From Eledone cirrhosa (Eukaryota), in contig OZ024747.1 in NCBI GenBank assembly GCA_964016885.1, forward strand, positions 1,674,001 to 1,738,000: a stretch of DNA of 64,000 nucleotides, read 5' to 3'. The notes beneath the pieces were generated by a model. The model saw only the letters and a list, made by a program, of their open reading frames with translations, was not told the origin of the DNA and did not search any database. The position numbers were made by a program, and so were the translations under genes. Below, piece after piece: positions 25,184 through 39,568 of this stretch (the first letter of the stretch is position 1; each line of letters begins with the position of its first letter).

Positions 25184-28100
25184 ATGTCTCCATTGATATT
25201 GTTGTTGTTGTTAATGGCTGACAACTGCTGGTGTCTGGATCATATCTATCATGTGAAAGAGAACAATGATATACACAGCTATATTGGAGATATTGTTACT
25301 GATACACACTTACTGGATAATATAACATCTGGGGATGATAGAAAGAAACTGAAATTTAATGTACTCCAGGATAGTACTGATGAAACTGTTCAGTTATTTA
25401 ATGTTACATCTGGAGGACAACTGTACACAGCTGCCATATTGGATGCTGAAACTCTGTGTCAATATAATGTGGAATGTTTCAGGATATTGGAAATAGCAGT
25501 TCAATATAGCCATTCTTATATGAAGATATTAGAAATCAAAGTTATGATAGAAGATGTCAATGATAATTACCCTGTGTTTCCAAACAAGGAATTTCATCTA
25601 CAATTTCATGAAAGTGTGGCAAAAGGCAGAAAAGAAATAATTCCAAATGCTTTTGATAAAGATGTTAGTATTCAGAATTCTAAACTGTCAATATACCTTT
25701 TCAGTTGACTTCTCAGCAATCAGAAGGAAGTGATTTATTACTTGTTTTAAAAGATAACTTAGATCGAGAGAAGAAAGACATTTATAATATCCAGTTAATA
25801 GCTACAGATGGAGGATCTCCACCAAAGGAAGGTGTACTGGATATAGAAATAACAGTCCGAGACATAAATGATAATTCCCCTGTATTTTCCCAGGATATAT
25901 ACAATGTAACTGTAAATGATAAACACCAGATAAACAAACCTGTTGTAAGATTGTCAGCTACAGATTTAGATGAAGGAGAAAATGGAAGAATTTCTTACTT
26001 ATTTAGCGATAAAACACAAAATAAGATAAAAGAATCCTTTAAACTGGATGAAATAACTGGAGAATTGTTTCTGAAGGACAAATTTAGTTTTAGTAAAATC
26101 TATACATTGTTTATTGAAGCCAGAGATAATGGTAATCCCTCAAAAACATCAACAGTCACAGTTCTTATAAATGGTATCAGCCACTTTAACAATCCACCAA
26201 ACATTGATGTCAAGTTTGTCTTAAAGTCAACTGGAAACACAGCTGTCATCTCAGAAGCAACTCTAATTCACAGCTTTGTTGCTTATGTCAAAGTTACTGA
26301 CAATGATAATGAAGTTAATGGACAAGTGAAGTGTTATTTAGAAAATAAATACCTTCAGTTAATCTCAATATCTCAGAAGAAATATAAAGTTGTTGTAAAG
26401 AGTAAAATAGATAGAGAGAGTGAGAAGAGTTTTAATTTCACGATTAAATGTCAAGATAAAGGTTTACCTCCATTGAGAGTAGAGAAAGAGTTTTCTATGT
26501 TAGTTACTGATATAAATGATGTGAAACCTAAGTTTAGTGAGGATATATTTAAATTTCTCACCTATGAAAATGAAGATAAAGACTTCCCTGTTGGATATAT
26601 CAATGCTACAGACCCAGATCTTGGAGATGGAGGACAATTGATCTATTCTCTTTTAAATAATGGAAAAGACATTCTACCATTTCAGATATCAAATCTAGGA
26701 TTTATTTCTACAACTCAGTCACTAGATAGAGAAGAAAAGAAGATGTATGAGTTTAAAGTTTTAGTAAAAGATAAAGGAAGACCATCACTAGAGAACACAG
26801 CAAATGTTATTGTTGAAGTTATGGATTTAAATGATAATGTTCCATATTTCAGTTTCCCTAATGTTAACCCTTTTAATCTTGATGTTCACTACCATCCTCA
26901 CAGTGAACATGATATCACAGTTATAAGAGCCTCTGATAGAGATGGTCAACATAATGCCTTCCTTACATATGAAATAGTAAGAGGTAATAAGAAAGAGTTA
27001 TTTAGAATTAATCCTCACTCTGGTGTCTTATCTTTCTCTCGGTCAGTTTACCAAAATGATGCTGGACTCTATCAACTAGAATTAAGTGTAAAAGATAATG
27101 GTAGTCCAGTTCTGTCATCAACAACAACTTTATCTTTGACTTTAACAGTTAGTAACAACACATCAAAGATATTTAAGACATCTTTAAAGACAACAACGTT
27201 AAGTAAAGGTCTTCCTTTTAATGTGATAATTATTATTGTTATAGCAACTGTGGTAGTATCAGTTGTTATAGTGATCTCTATATCAATCTGTATAGTTCAT
27301 AGACTAAAGCAGACAGATAGTAACTATAGTAGTGGTGGTGGTGGTGGTGGTAGTGTTGATATGTACCACAAGGTTACACCTACATTAAATATACAGTCAC
27401 AATATATCTTTGATCCAACTTGTGTTGATCCTGGAGTACATTATACCATGGGGAGAAATGTGAAGAAATCTCAACCAATGATAGACAGAGAAGATATTCA
27501 CTGCAGAACTCTGCCATGTGACAGATGGGGTAATCCAGCTTTCAGACCTCATCAACAGGTAAGATAACTTTAGAATAATATCTTATACCTTTGAAACATC
27601 TCTGTCTATTTTCACATGATTTAGTAATTTCTTTCAAATATATTGTTTTTAATTTTATATAAAACTATCTAATGACAAGGAGATATCAAATATGTTGCCA
27701 TACTTCATGATGTTTTATGTATATAATCTAAACTTTATCATTCAATATTATAGGAACTGTTTTATTGTGATAAATTATTTCAGGGTTTCTTTTGAAGTTT
27801 ATAATTTATCTAAAAGAACCATCCATTTAAGTGATAATGTTTTCTGTCATCTAGAGAAGCACATTCTTGAAATGTTTGCAATAACGTAAAAATTAATGTA
27901 ACACATAGCTGGGTGTGTATCTATCTATATTTTAAATAATCAGATTGTATATTGATTAAATTATAATATGATTTGTAATAAATATTTTCACTGATCCTCA
28001 AATCTTCCAAACCACATGCTATTATGTAATCTGGTGTTGATGTCTGTTAGATGAGAAAATATTTTGTAAGAATTAAAATAGTGTTGAGACAATTTATACC

Positions 28101-28630
28101 AATATTTCTAACTGGAGTCACAAGAAGAATGTTTTGTTCTGTGACTCTCAATTCTATGTTGTACATGTATCTCATTAACTTTAGATGTTTGTTCCAAGAG
28201 AAGAAAGTATGTCTCCAGGTTACAGAGAACTAAACAATACTGACCAATTCAGTGAGATGTCAACATTATCATCTCACACTGATAGTGGTCATGGTTGGAG
28301 TGTTGGTAGTGCTGGACATTATGAAGAACTGCCAGGTAAGTCTGAAATCTACTATATAAATGTATAACCAGTTGGCACCTACACCAGTGTAGGATATCTT
28401 TACAATGGAGGAAGAAAGGGTCGTTTCAGTGAGAGAGCGGGAAGAGGAGATACTACTACCATATGTTAAACCCTCCCTTCCACTACTCCCCTTCCTCCTC
28501 CCACAACTCAGTCTTCCAAAACGAGGCCACAACTTATTAGAAATATACATAAAGAAATTTCAAACAAAGCAGACGACAATCTAATTTTGGTTGACAACTG
28601 AACAGATGTCTCTGTATAAATATATATATG

Positions 28631-28712
<82 letters not shown>

Positions 28713-30183
28713 AGCCACTGATATGGATTCTGAACACGTGCACATGCTTAGGTCCCATTAAGGTCAACTGCAGTAATCGGTGATAAGTTACAAAAAAATG
28801 TGATCATCAATGATCTGGAAGTTGGCTTACCTTGAGACTAGTCCGAAAAATAAAACCCAAATTGTATCATTGACGAATATTCGTACTCTCGGCATGTTAA
28901 TTGTAACATGCCATCTTTGAGAGTAGAGTTCATTTTGTCGATATTTCGAGGTGTTGTATCGTGGGAAGATTAACACGAATTAAGAAGATGTAATTTCCCC
29001 CATTATTGACACTTTACAACAGTGAACATTACAAGGCCCTCTTTAGAGCCAACACTTCTGATGGTTTATCTGACTTATTATGGTGTGTTTTCTTGGGTTA
29101 TGTCTACTATAGAGGGAAAACAGGATGGTTTTATTGAATTGCTTCAGTCATTCAAAGGGCTTTTCAAACGGTGATATACAGAGTGCTTGAACAGTACCTG
29201 AATATGTTCACTTGGTTATAATTTCTTCGATAATTGCGATGACTTCCTCAATTGTTCTGTGTTTGTTCTTGAGTGCTAAGGCAATAAGTTTGCTATTCTT
29301 ATACATAAGTTTGATACTCTTCGAGCTCAAACTTCCCTGGATAATTCACTCTGGATGAAGAAAGCTGGATGGAAGAAGGACTTATGACTTAAATAGCTAT
29401 TGATAGTTCCACACAAAAAAATTGATCTGCCATAAACACACCTAGCAAAGGCTGCTATTCAATCCAGTAGGGTCGCTAGCATTTTGAGGCGCACTCTGGG
29501 AACTGCACCTTTTGCGGGTATTACCGGGTACTGCAACTAGTACTCAATATTTCTACCAAATGTGGATTTTAATGTATTTTAATATTTCTAATTGTTAAAA
29601 CATCATTTTACTCCAGTGTAGTTTGTTAGTTGATAAAATTCTTTCCAAGACAAAACATATTCTCTGAAACACATTTTTGATTTTGAAGATTGGCAAAACA
29701 TTCAGGAAAATTCCTCTCTTTTTCTTATTTATTCTGTTGTTGAGATATCGAACCTTTTAACCAGAATGATGTATTTTAAAATTTACTTTCATTTTATTTT
29801 GTACAAAATTTGATTCTGTCCCCTAAATCAACCTATTTCCAGATCTGTGTCGTTATCAAAGTGACAATACATGGAACAGGAGAAATCAACTTCCACATAC
29901 TCTTACAAGATCAAGGGGAGATAACAACATTGGATATCATATTCAACCTAATGTTAACACTTCCTGTGATCAGCACCAAATACCTTTCACTATAACTGGT
30001 ACCACATCTAACATAACTGAACAACCATCTACAATGACAAGTGACTTTACTTCAAAGAGTAAACCACCTCTACCAGCTGTACCTAAAGTAACAACAGTAC
30101 CAAAGGTACCATCAATACCTCAGGTACCTTCTCTGACTATAGTAAAAAACTTACATAGCAGCTCTATGGAAACCCTGAATTAA
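25184..30183 (+). pseudogene. Protocadherin G4 with a frameshift in EC2 (~25689); exons 25184-27558, 28185-28335, 29843-30183
   Basis: ORF splits into 25151-25708 and 25705-27567. Relative to G3, 22 bp between two TGTC motifs are missing; the rest is intact. Confidence 0.75.
28348..29540 (+). mobile_element. Non-autonomous Helitron in G4 intron 3
   Basis: A|TCTACTATATAAA...CAACTAG|T at the same site as in G2. Confidence 0.85.
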
Positions 30184-30282
30184 TATTACCATCTCTCAAG
30201 CAATCATTAATCCATACATATTGATATATATAATCATTAATAAACTATTCCTCTAGATATATATTATAACAACCTTCTACAG

Positions 30283-30719
30283 TTGCAAGGACAAGTGACT
30301 TTACTTCAAACAGTAAACTAGCTCTACCAGCTGTACCTAACAACACTATCAAAGGTACCATTAGTACCTCAGGTACCTCCTCTATCTACAACAGTAAACT
30401 AACTCTACCAACTGTACCTAACAACACTAACAAAGGTACCATTAGTACCTCAGGTACCTCCTCTATCTACAACAGTAAACCAGCACTACCAGCTGTACCT
30501 AACAACACTATCAAAGGTACCATTAGTACCTCAGGTACCTCCTCTATCTACAACAGTAAACCAGCACTACCAGCTGTACCTAACAACACTATCAAAGGTA
30601 CCATTAGTACCTCAGGTACCTCCTCTATCTACAACAGTAAACTAACTCTACCAGCTGTACCTAACAACACTATCAAAGGTACCATTAGAATGTCAGGTAC
30701 CTCCTCTATCTACAACTAA
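30283..30719 (+). repeat. 81-bp minisatellite, 5 units (30309-30713); candidate alternative terminal exon of G4
   Basis: 405 bp = 5 x 81; frame open to TAA at 30717-30719. Confidence 0.88.
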
Positions 30720-31439
30720 CACTAAAATATTATAAAACTAACAGTAGGAAGAATGCCACACTAAATACCATGTAGTATTCTGTTATATATCTTTGTGGAC
30801 TGAGATCAAATCCTACCCCAGTTCACCTTTGTTATATTCTCCCAGGGGTCTTCTACAACCCTCACCAAATACAGTTTAATTATCTGAATAACAATATCAA
30901 ACATAACTTTACCTTATATAATGGTAAACTATATATAGTACAACAAATATTTGATATGAAAATATATATAGAATGATAAATTATTCAAATATTAACATTT
31001 TATCATGAAATATTTGAGGCAATATTTTATAGAATTTATATAACATCTCTATAACATTTCTTAAAGATATACTTATTTAGAGCCACAGTTTCGTATTTTC
31101 AAATGAGTTCAATTATTTTATAATATAATTAATAACTTAAAATATTATTTTAATAAATTTTTATTATAGATTTGTTAAGTAAAGAAGTTTGTAAGCACAA
31201 CAGGAAAAGTTGAAACTATTGACTTGAAAAAGTTTTCAAAGTCTTATTAAAGTCATAAAATAAGATTCCTTCATTGAAATTATAATATAATTAATTTAAT
31301 AATTAATATTTATTATATATTTCATTGTTTTAAACATTCTAGATATTAAATATTTCCACCTATTGAATTATAAATGTTCTAGTCACACACATGTATATGT
31401 ATCTCTATATATATATGTGTGTGTAAGTAAATATAATAG

Positions 31440-31650
31440 TGTGTGAGTCAGCCCATCATTAACTGCAAGAACTGGAGGCTGTACTTCCGTTTCCTTACTT
31501 GGGAACAACAGACAGCTTGTCATTGGCTACAACACATATTACATACTACATAACTTGATAGAACTATATAACAGTATACCAAACTACTCACAACTACTAT
31601 ATCTTACCAGAATATTGAAACAGTAACAATATAAACAACTGTTGGTAAGT
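31440..31650 (+). promoter_or_regulatory. Putative promoter and non-coding exon 1 of G5 (donor at 31645)
   Basis: Near-identical to 931-1141. Confidence 0.7.
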
Positions 31651-33061
31651 ATTTCTATAAAGTTATTCTCTGTTTTATGAATTAGTTATTTAGATATTTG
31701 GTAAAGTCTCTTTATGTCTCTAAGTTACCATCTTGGTAAAACTACATCACTATAATAGTAAAATACTTCCAGTATAACAATATCATTTGAATAAGTTATT
31801 TTATTAAGCTTTCATAATATATTTTTCTACAATTATTTTAAGATTGTTGTTTTTAAAAGAACACAAATATAATTTAATATTTACAAAATTATTTAATTTA
31901 TTATAATGTTTAAAATATATTTTCTAATATTCCTAAACTAGTTATAATATAAATCAGTGAAACGTTATATTAATAATAATATAAATCAGTGAAAGGTTAT
32001 ATTATTAATAATAATAATATATTTGTTTATTATTTCTAATGATAAGATATTGTTTAGTTTTGTTGGTTTATTATTGTTATAGTGTTAAATATATTGTATG
32101 TTATCCTAGAATGTGAGATGTAACCAGGATGTAGCCTTGATTGTAAGGGAGGTTACTCTTAATGACTTTAATGAGGGAGCCTTTATGCTGGAAATAATAG
32201 TTTTTCCTCAAATAACATCTTATCGTCTTTATAAAGAGAAGAGCATATTGGATAACATATTCCTACATATTTCTAGATATATATAAAAAGATGGGGTTCT
32301 TTTTGGCTTGGATATGTTTAATCATTAGTCTGCCCTTCAATGTTGACCAGGTGCTAATCAAGAACAGCAACAACCCTTAATACAGGGGTCTCAACCATAC
32401 AGTCTACGAACTACTTCTCTATGGCCCTTGGTAGAACAAAGGAAAATCTGTCCCCTAAATTTTGTGCTACTTCATATATCCCACTTACTATCATATATAT
32501 AATTATTTTCATAAATTAAATAACTTGCTAATTTGCTGTTTCAAGATACCCCAAAACAGAGAATCTTTTATCATATCATCATCATGTGTACACCTTTCCG
32601 CACTTGCATGGGTTTGACTGGTCTTTGTAGCACAGTATCTCTCTACAATTTACTTTCCCTCATCATCTCATCTGTGAACTTCATCAATTTGGGATCAACT
32701 CTCACCATCTCCACCCAGGTGTTCCTTAGGTTTCATGTATTGTGGCTTTTGTTCACTGGGATTTTCAGTCTCTTATTCACCCAGCAATCATCATCCATGT
32801 GCATCACATGTCCATACCAGTGCAGTCTCCTCTCCACCATGCTATTTCAGATTTCTCTTACACCCAGTTTTTCTCTCAGTTCAACCATTCTTTGTCATTT
32901 ATACACATTAACACTGCACATCCATCAAAACATTGATAAATATATCAACATTTAGAGATAAATTTCATGGGAATATATGTTAAGTATTATTTTCATAGAT
33001 TTATGAACTCTACATTTGTGAATATCAATTGTTTACTATAAACTTCTATTTCAGATTAACA

Positions 33062-36000
33062 ATGTCTCCATTGATATTGTTGTTGTTGTTAATGGCTGAC
33101 AACTGCTGGTGTCTGGATCATATCTATCATGTGAAAGAGAACAATGATATACACAGCTATATTGGAGATATTGTTACTGATACACACTTACTGGATAATA
33201 TAACATCTGGGGATGATAGAAAGAAACTGAGATTTAATGTACTCCAGGATAGTACTGATGAAACTGTTCAGTTATTTAATGTTACATCTGGAGGACAACT
33301 GTACACAGCTGCCATATTGGATGCTGAAACTCTGTGTCAATATAATGTGGAATGTTTCAGGATATTGGAAATAGCAGTTCAATATAGCCATTCTTATATG
33401 AAGATATTAGAAATCAAAGTTATGATAGAAGATGTCAATGATAATTATCCTGTGTTTCCAAACAAGGAATTTCATCTACAATTTCATGAAAGTGTGGCAA
33501 AAGGCAGAAAAGAAATAATTCCAAATGCCTTTGACAAAGATGTCAGTACTGAGAATTCAAAGATTTCTTATTATCTAGAAAATTCAAATATTCCTTTTAA
33601 AATCTTTGTTTCCAATAAACCTGATGGAACTGATTTTCTCCAACTTGTTTTAGAAGATAACTTAGATCGAGAGAAGAAAGACATTTATAATATCCAGTTA
33701 ATAGCTACAGATGGAGGATCTCCACCAAAGGAAGGTGTACTGGATATAGAAATATTGGTGGAGGACATAAATGATAATTCCCCTGTATTTTCCCAGGATA
33801 TCTACAATGTAACTGTAAATGATAAACACCAGATAAACAAACCTGTTGTAAGATTGTCAGCTACAGATTTAGATGAAGGAGAAAATGGAAGAATTTTTTA
33901 CATATTTAGTGATAAAACACCAAATAAGGTAAAACAGTGTTATAAATTGCATGAAACCACTGGAGAATTGTTTGTGAAGGACAAATTTGAATTTGGAAAA
34001 ATCTATACATTGTTTGTTGAAGCCAGAGATAATGGTAAACCACCGATGTCTTCAACAGTCACAGTTCTTATAAATGGTATCAGTCACTTTAACAATCCAC
34101 CAAATATTGATGTCAAGTTTCTCTTAAAGTCAACTGGAAACACAGCTGTCATTTCAGAAGCAACTCTAATTCACAGCTTTGTTGCTTATGTCAAAGTTAC
34201 TGACAATGATAATGAAGTTAATGGACAAGTGAAGTGTTATTTAGAAAATAAATACCTTCAGTTAATCTCAATATCTCAGAAGAAATATAAAGTTGTTGTA
34301 AAGAGTAAAATAGATAGAGAGAGTGAGAAGAGTTTTAATTTCACGATTAAATGTCAAGATAAAGGTTTACCTCCATTGAGAGTAGAGAAAGAGTTTTCTA
34401 TGTTAGTTACTGATATAAATGATGTGAAACCTAAGTTTAGTGAGGATATATTTAAATTTCTCACCTATGAAAATGAAGATAAAGACTTCCCTGTTGGATA
34501 TATCAATGCTACAGACCCAGATCTTGGAGATGGAGGACAATTGAGCTATTCTCTTTTAAATAATGGAAAAGATATTCTACCATTTCAGATATCAAATCTA
34601 GGATTTATTTCTACAACTCAGTCACTAGATAGAGAAGAAAAGAAGATGTATGAGTTTAAAGTTTTAGTAAAAGATAAAGGAAGACCATCACTAGAGAACA
34701 CAGCAAATGTTATTGTTGAAGTTATGGATTTAAATGATAATGTTCCATATTTCAGTTTCCCTAATGTTAACCCTTTTAGTTTTGATGTTCACTACCATCC
34801 TAACAGTGAACATGATATCACAGTTATAAGGGCCTCTGATAGAGATAGTCAACATAATGCCTTCCTTACATATGAAATAGTAAGAGGTAATAAGAAAGAG
34901 TTATTTAGAATTAATCCTCACTCTGGTGTCTTATCTTTCTCTCGGTCAGTTTACCAAAATGATGCTGGACTCTATCAACTAGAATTAAGTGTAAAAGATA
35001 ATGGTAGTCCAGTTCTGTCATCAACAACAACTTTATCTTTGACTTTAACAGTTAGTAACAACACATCAAAGATATTTAAGACATCTTTAAAGACAACAAC
35101 ATTAAGTAAAGGTCTTCCTTTTAATGTGATAATTATTATTGTTATAGCAACTGTGGTAGTATCAGTTGTTATAGTGATCTCTATATCAATCTGTATAGTT
35201 CATAGACTAAAGCAGACAGATAGTAACTATAGTAGTGGTAGTAGTAGTAGTGGTGGTGGTAGTGTTGATATGTACCACAAGGTTACACCTACATTAAATA
35301 TACAGTCAAAATATATCTTTGATCCAACTTGTGTTGATCCTGGAGTACATTATACCATGGGGAGAAATGTGAAGAAATCTCAACCAATGATAGACAGAGA
35401 AGATATTCACTGCAGAACTCTACCAGGTAACAGATGGGGTAATCCAGCTTTCAGACCTCATCAACAGGTAAGATAACTTTAGAATAATATCTTATAACTT
35501 TGAAACAATTCCATCTATTTCAAGATATTTTAATGACAATTAAATATATTGTTATATAATTTATATAAACCTCATGACAAGGAGCTGCCACATATGTTCT
35601 CATACAACATACTCTTTTATATATATACTCTAAATTTCTCTCATTTAATATTGAAGTAAATACTTTATTGTTAAACTATTGAAAATGCATTGGAAAATAT
35701 ATTCAATGATATATCAACCATTGTTTATTTTCTGTCATAACAAATATTGTATGTTAGGGCTTTTTTGAAAGTTATAATTATTTCTTATAAACAGTGAAAG
35801 TGATGATTTCTGTCTTGTAGAGAAGAAAATTCTTCAAATATTTCCTATAAAATAAAGACTATCTATGTAACATTGATTTATCACTTGAGGTATATTTATA
35901 CATATTCTAAATAGAGAGATCGTAATGTTTAATTATCTGTAATAAATATTTTCACTGATCCTCAAATCTTCTAAACCACATGCTATTATGTAATCTGGTG

Positions 36001-36593
36001 TTGATGTCTGTTAGATGAGAAAATATTTTGTAAGAATTAAAATAGTGTTGAGACAATTTATACCAATATTTCTAACTGGAGTCACAAGAAGAATGTTTTG
36101 TTCTGTGACTCTCAATTCTATGGTGTACATGTATCTCATTAACTTTAGATGTTTGTTCCAAGAGAAGAAAGTATGTCTCCAGGTTACAGAGAAGTAAACA
36201 ATACTGACCAATTCAGTGAGATGTCAACATTATCATCTCACACTGATAGTGGTCATGGTTGGAGTGTTGGTAGTGCTGGACATTATGAAGAACTGCCAGG
36301 TAAGTCTGAAATCTACTATATAAATGTATAACCAGTTGGCACCTACACCAGTGTAGGATATCTTTACAATGGAGGAGGAAAGGGACGTTTCAGTGAGAGA
36401 GGGGAAGAGGAGATACTACTACTGTATGTTAAACCCTCCCTCCCACTACTCTCCTTCCTCCTCCCACAACTCAGTCCTCCAAAACGAGGCAACAACTTAT
36501 TAGAAATATACATAAAGAAATTTCAAACAAAGCAGACGACAATCTAATTTTGGTTGACAACTGAACAGATGTCTCTGTATAAATATATATATG

Positions 36594-36659
<66 letters not shown>

Positions 36660-38142
36660 AGCCACTGATATGGATTCTGAACACGTGCACACTCTTAGAT
36701 CCCATTAAGGTCAACTGCAGTAATCGGTGATAAGTTACATAAAAATGTGATCATCAATGATCTGAAAGTTGGCTTACCTTGAGACTAGTCCGAAGAATGA
36801 AACCCAAATTGTATGTTGACGAATATTCGTACTCCCGGCATGTTAGTTGTAACATGCCATCTTTGAGAGTAGAGTTCATTTTGTCGATATTTCGAGGTGT
36901 TGTATCATGGGAAGATTAACACAAATTAAGAAGGTGTAATTTCTCCCCCATTATTGACACTTTGCAACAGTGAACGTTACAAGGCCCTCTTTAGAGCCAA
37001 CACTTCTGATGGTTTATCTGACTTATTATGGTGTGTTTTCTTGGGTTATGTCTACTATAGAGGGAAAACAGGATGGTTTTATTGAATTGCTTCAGTCATT
37101 CAAAGTGCTTTTCAAACGGTGATATACAGAGTGCTTGAACAGTACCTGAATATGTTCACTTGGTTATAATTTCTTCGATAATTGCGATGACTTCCTCAAT
37201 TGTTCTGTGTTTGTTCTTGAGTGCTAAGGCAATAAGTTTGCTATTCTTATACATAAGTTTGATACTCTTCGAGCTCAAACTTCCCTGGATAATTCACTCT
37301 GGATGAAGAAAGCTGGATGGAAGAAGGACTTATGACTTAATATAGCTATTGATAGATCCACACAAAAAAATTGATCTGCCAAAAACACACCTAGCAAAGG
37401 CTGCTATTCAATCCAGTGTGGGCACCCAGGGTCGCTAGCATTTTGAGGCGCACTCTGGGAACTGCACCTTTTGCGGGTATTACCGGGTACTGCAACTAGT
37501 ACTCAATATTTCTACCAAATGTGGATTTTAATGTATTTTAATATTTCTAATTGTTAAAACATCATTTTACTCCAGTATAGTTTGTTAGTTGATAACATTC
37601 TTTCCAAGACAAAACATATTCTCTGAAACACATTTTTGATTTTGGAGATTGGCAAAACATTCAGGAAAATTCCTCTCTTTTTCTTATTTATTCTGCTGTT
37701 GAGATATCGAACCTTTTAACCAGAATGATGTATTTTAAAATTTACTTTCATTTTATTTTGTACAAAACTTGATTCTGTCCCCTAAATCAACCTATTTCCA
37801 GATCTGTGTCGTTACCAAAGTGACAATACATGGAACAGGAGAAATCAACTGCCACACACACTGACAAGATCAAGAGGAGATAACAACATTGGATATCATT
37901 ATCAACCTAATGTTAACACTTCCTGTGATCAGCAGCAAATACCTTTCACTATAACTGGTACCACATCTAACATAACTGAACAACCATCTACAATGACAAG
38001 TGACTTTACTTCAAAGAGTAAACCACCTCTACCAGCTGTACCTAAAGTAACAACAGTACCAAAGGTACCATCAATACCTCAGGTACCTTCTCTGACTATA
38101 GTAAAAAACTTACATAGCAGCTCTATGGAAGCCCTGAATTAA
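33062..38142 (+). CDS. Protocadherin G5, ~965 aa; coding exons 33062-35467, 36149-36299, 37802-38142
   Basis: Same architecture and splice junctions as G1; open spliced frame. Confidence 0.92.
36312..37499 (+). mobile_element. Non-autonomous Helitron in G5 intron 3
   Basis: A|TCTACTATATAAA...CAACTAG|T at the same site as in G2 and G4. Confidence 0.85.
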
Positions 38143-38241
38143 TATTACCATCTCTCAAGCAATCATTAATCCATACATATTGATATATATAATCATTAAT
38201 AAACTATTCCTCTAGATATATATTATAACAACCTTCTACAG

Positions 38242-39568
38242 TTGCAAGGACAAGTGACTTTACTTCAAACAGTAAACTATCTCTACCAACTGTACCTAAC
38301 AACACTGTCAAAGGTACCATTAGTACCTCAGGTACCTCCTCTATCTACAACAGTAAACCAGCACTACCAGCTGTACCTAACAACACTATCAAAGGTACCA
38401 TTAGTACCTCAGGTACCTCCTCTATCTACAACAGTAAACTAACTCTACCAACTGTACCTAACAACACTATCAAAGGTACCATTAGTACCTCAGGTACCTC
38501 CTCTATCTACAACAGTAAACCAGCACTACCAGCTGTACCTAACAACACTATCAAAGGTACCATTAGTACCTCAGGTACCTCCTCTATCTACAACAGTAAA
38601 CTAGCTCTACCAACTGTACCTAACAACACTATCAAAGGTACCATTAGTACCACAGGTACGTCCTCTATCTACAACAGTAAACTATCTCTACCAACTGTAC
38701 CTAACAACACTATCAAAGGTACCATTAGTACCACAGGTACCTCCTCCATCTACAACAGTAAACTAACTCTACCAGTTGTACCTAACAACACTATCAAAGG
38801 TACCATTAGTACCACAGGTACCTCCTCTATCTACAACAGTAAACTAGCTCTACCAGCTGTACCTAACAACACTATCAAAGGTACCATTAGAATCTCAGGT
38901 ACCTCCTCTATCTACAACAGTAAACTAACTCTACCAGCTGTACCTAACAACACTATCAAAGGTACCATTAGTACCACAGGTACCTCCTCTATCTACAACA
39001 GTAAACTAGCTCTACCAGCTGTACCTAACAACACTATCAAAGGTACCATTAGAATCTCAGGTACCTCCTCTATCTACAACAGTAAACTAACTCTACCAGC
39101 TGTACCTAACAACACTATCAAAGGTACCATTAGTACCTCAGGTAACCTCCTATCTACAACAGTAAACTAGCTCTACCAGCTGTACCTAACAACACTATCA
39201 AAGGTACCATTAGAATCTCAGGTACCTCCTCTATCTACAACAGTAAACTAGCTCTACCAGCTGTACCTAACAACACTATCAAAGGTACCATTAGTACCTC
39301 AGGTACCTCCTCTATCTACAACAGTAAACTAGCTCTACCAACTGTACCTAACAACACTAACAAAGGTACCATTAGTACCTCAGGTACCTCCTCTATCTAC
39401 AACAGTAAACTAGCTCTACCAGCTGTACCTAACAACACTATCAAAGGTACCATTAGAATCTCAGGTACCTCCTCTATCTACAACAGTAAACTAGCTCTAC
39501 CAGATGTACCTAACAACACTATCAAAGGTACCATTAGAATCTCAGGTACCTACTATATCTACAAATAA
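38242..39568 (+). repeat. 81-bp minisatellite, 16 units (38268-39562), unit 11 one base short; candidate alternative terminal exon of G5
   Basis: 1295 bp = 16 x 81 - 1; GGTAACCTCCTATC at 39141 replaces GGTACCTCCTCTATC. Confidence 0.88.

Noticed and set aside
38268-39562. CRISPR-like array in the 81-bp repeats (palindromic GTACCTCAGGTAC)
   Set aside because: Contiguous tandem units with no unique spacers, no cas genes, and a eukaryotic context.
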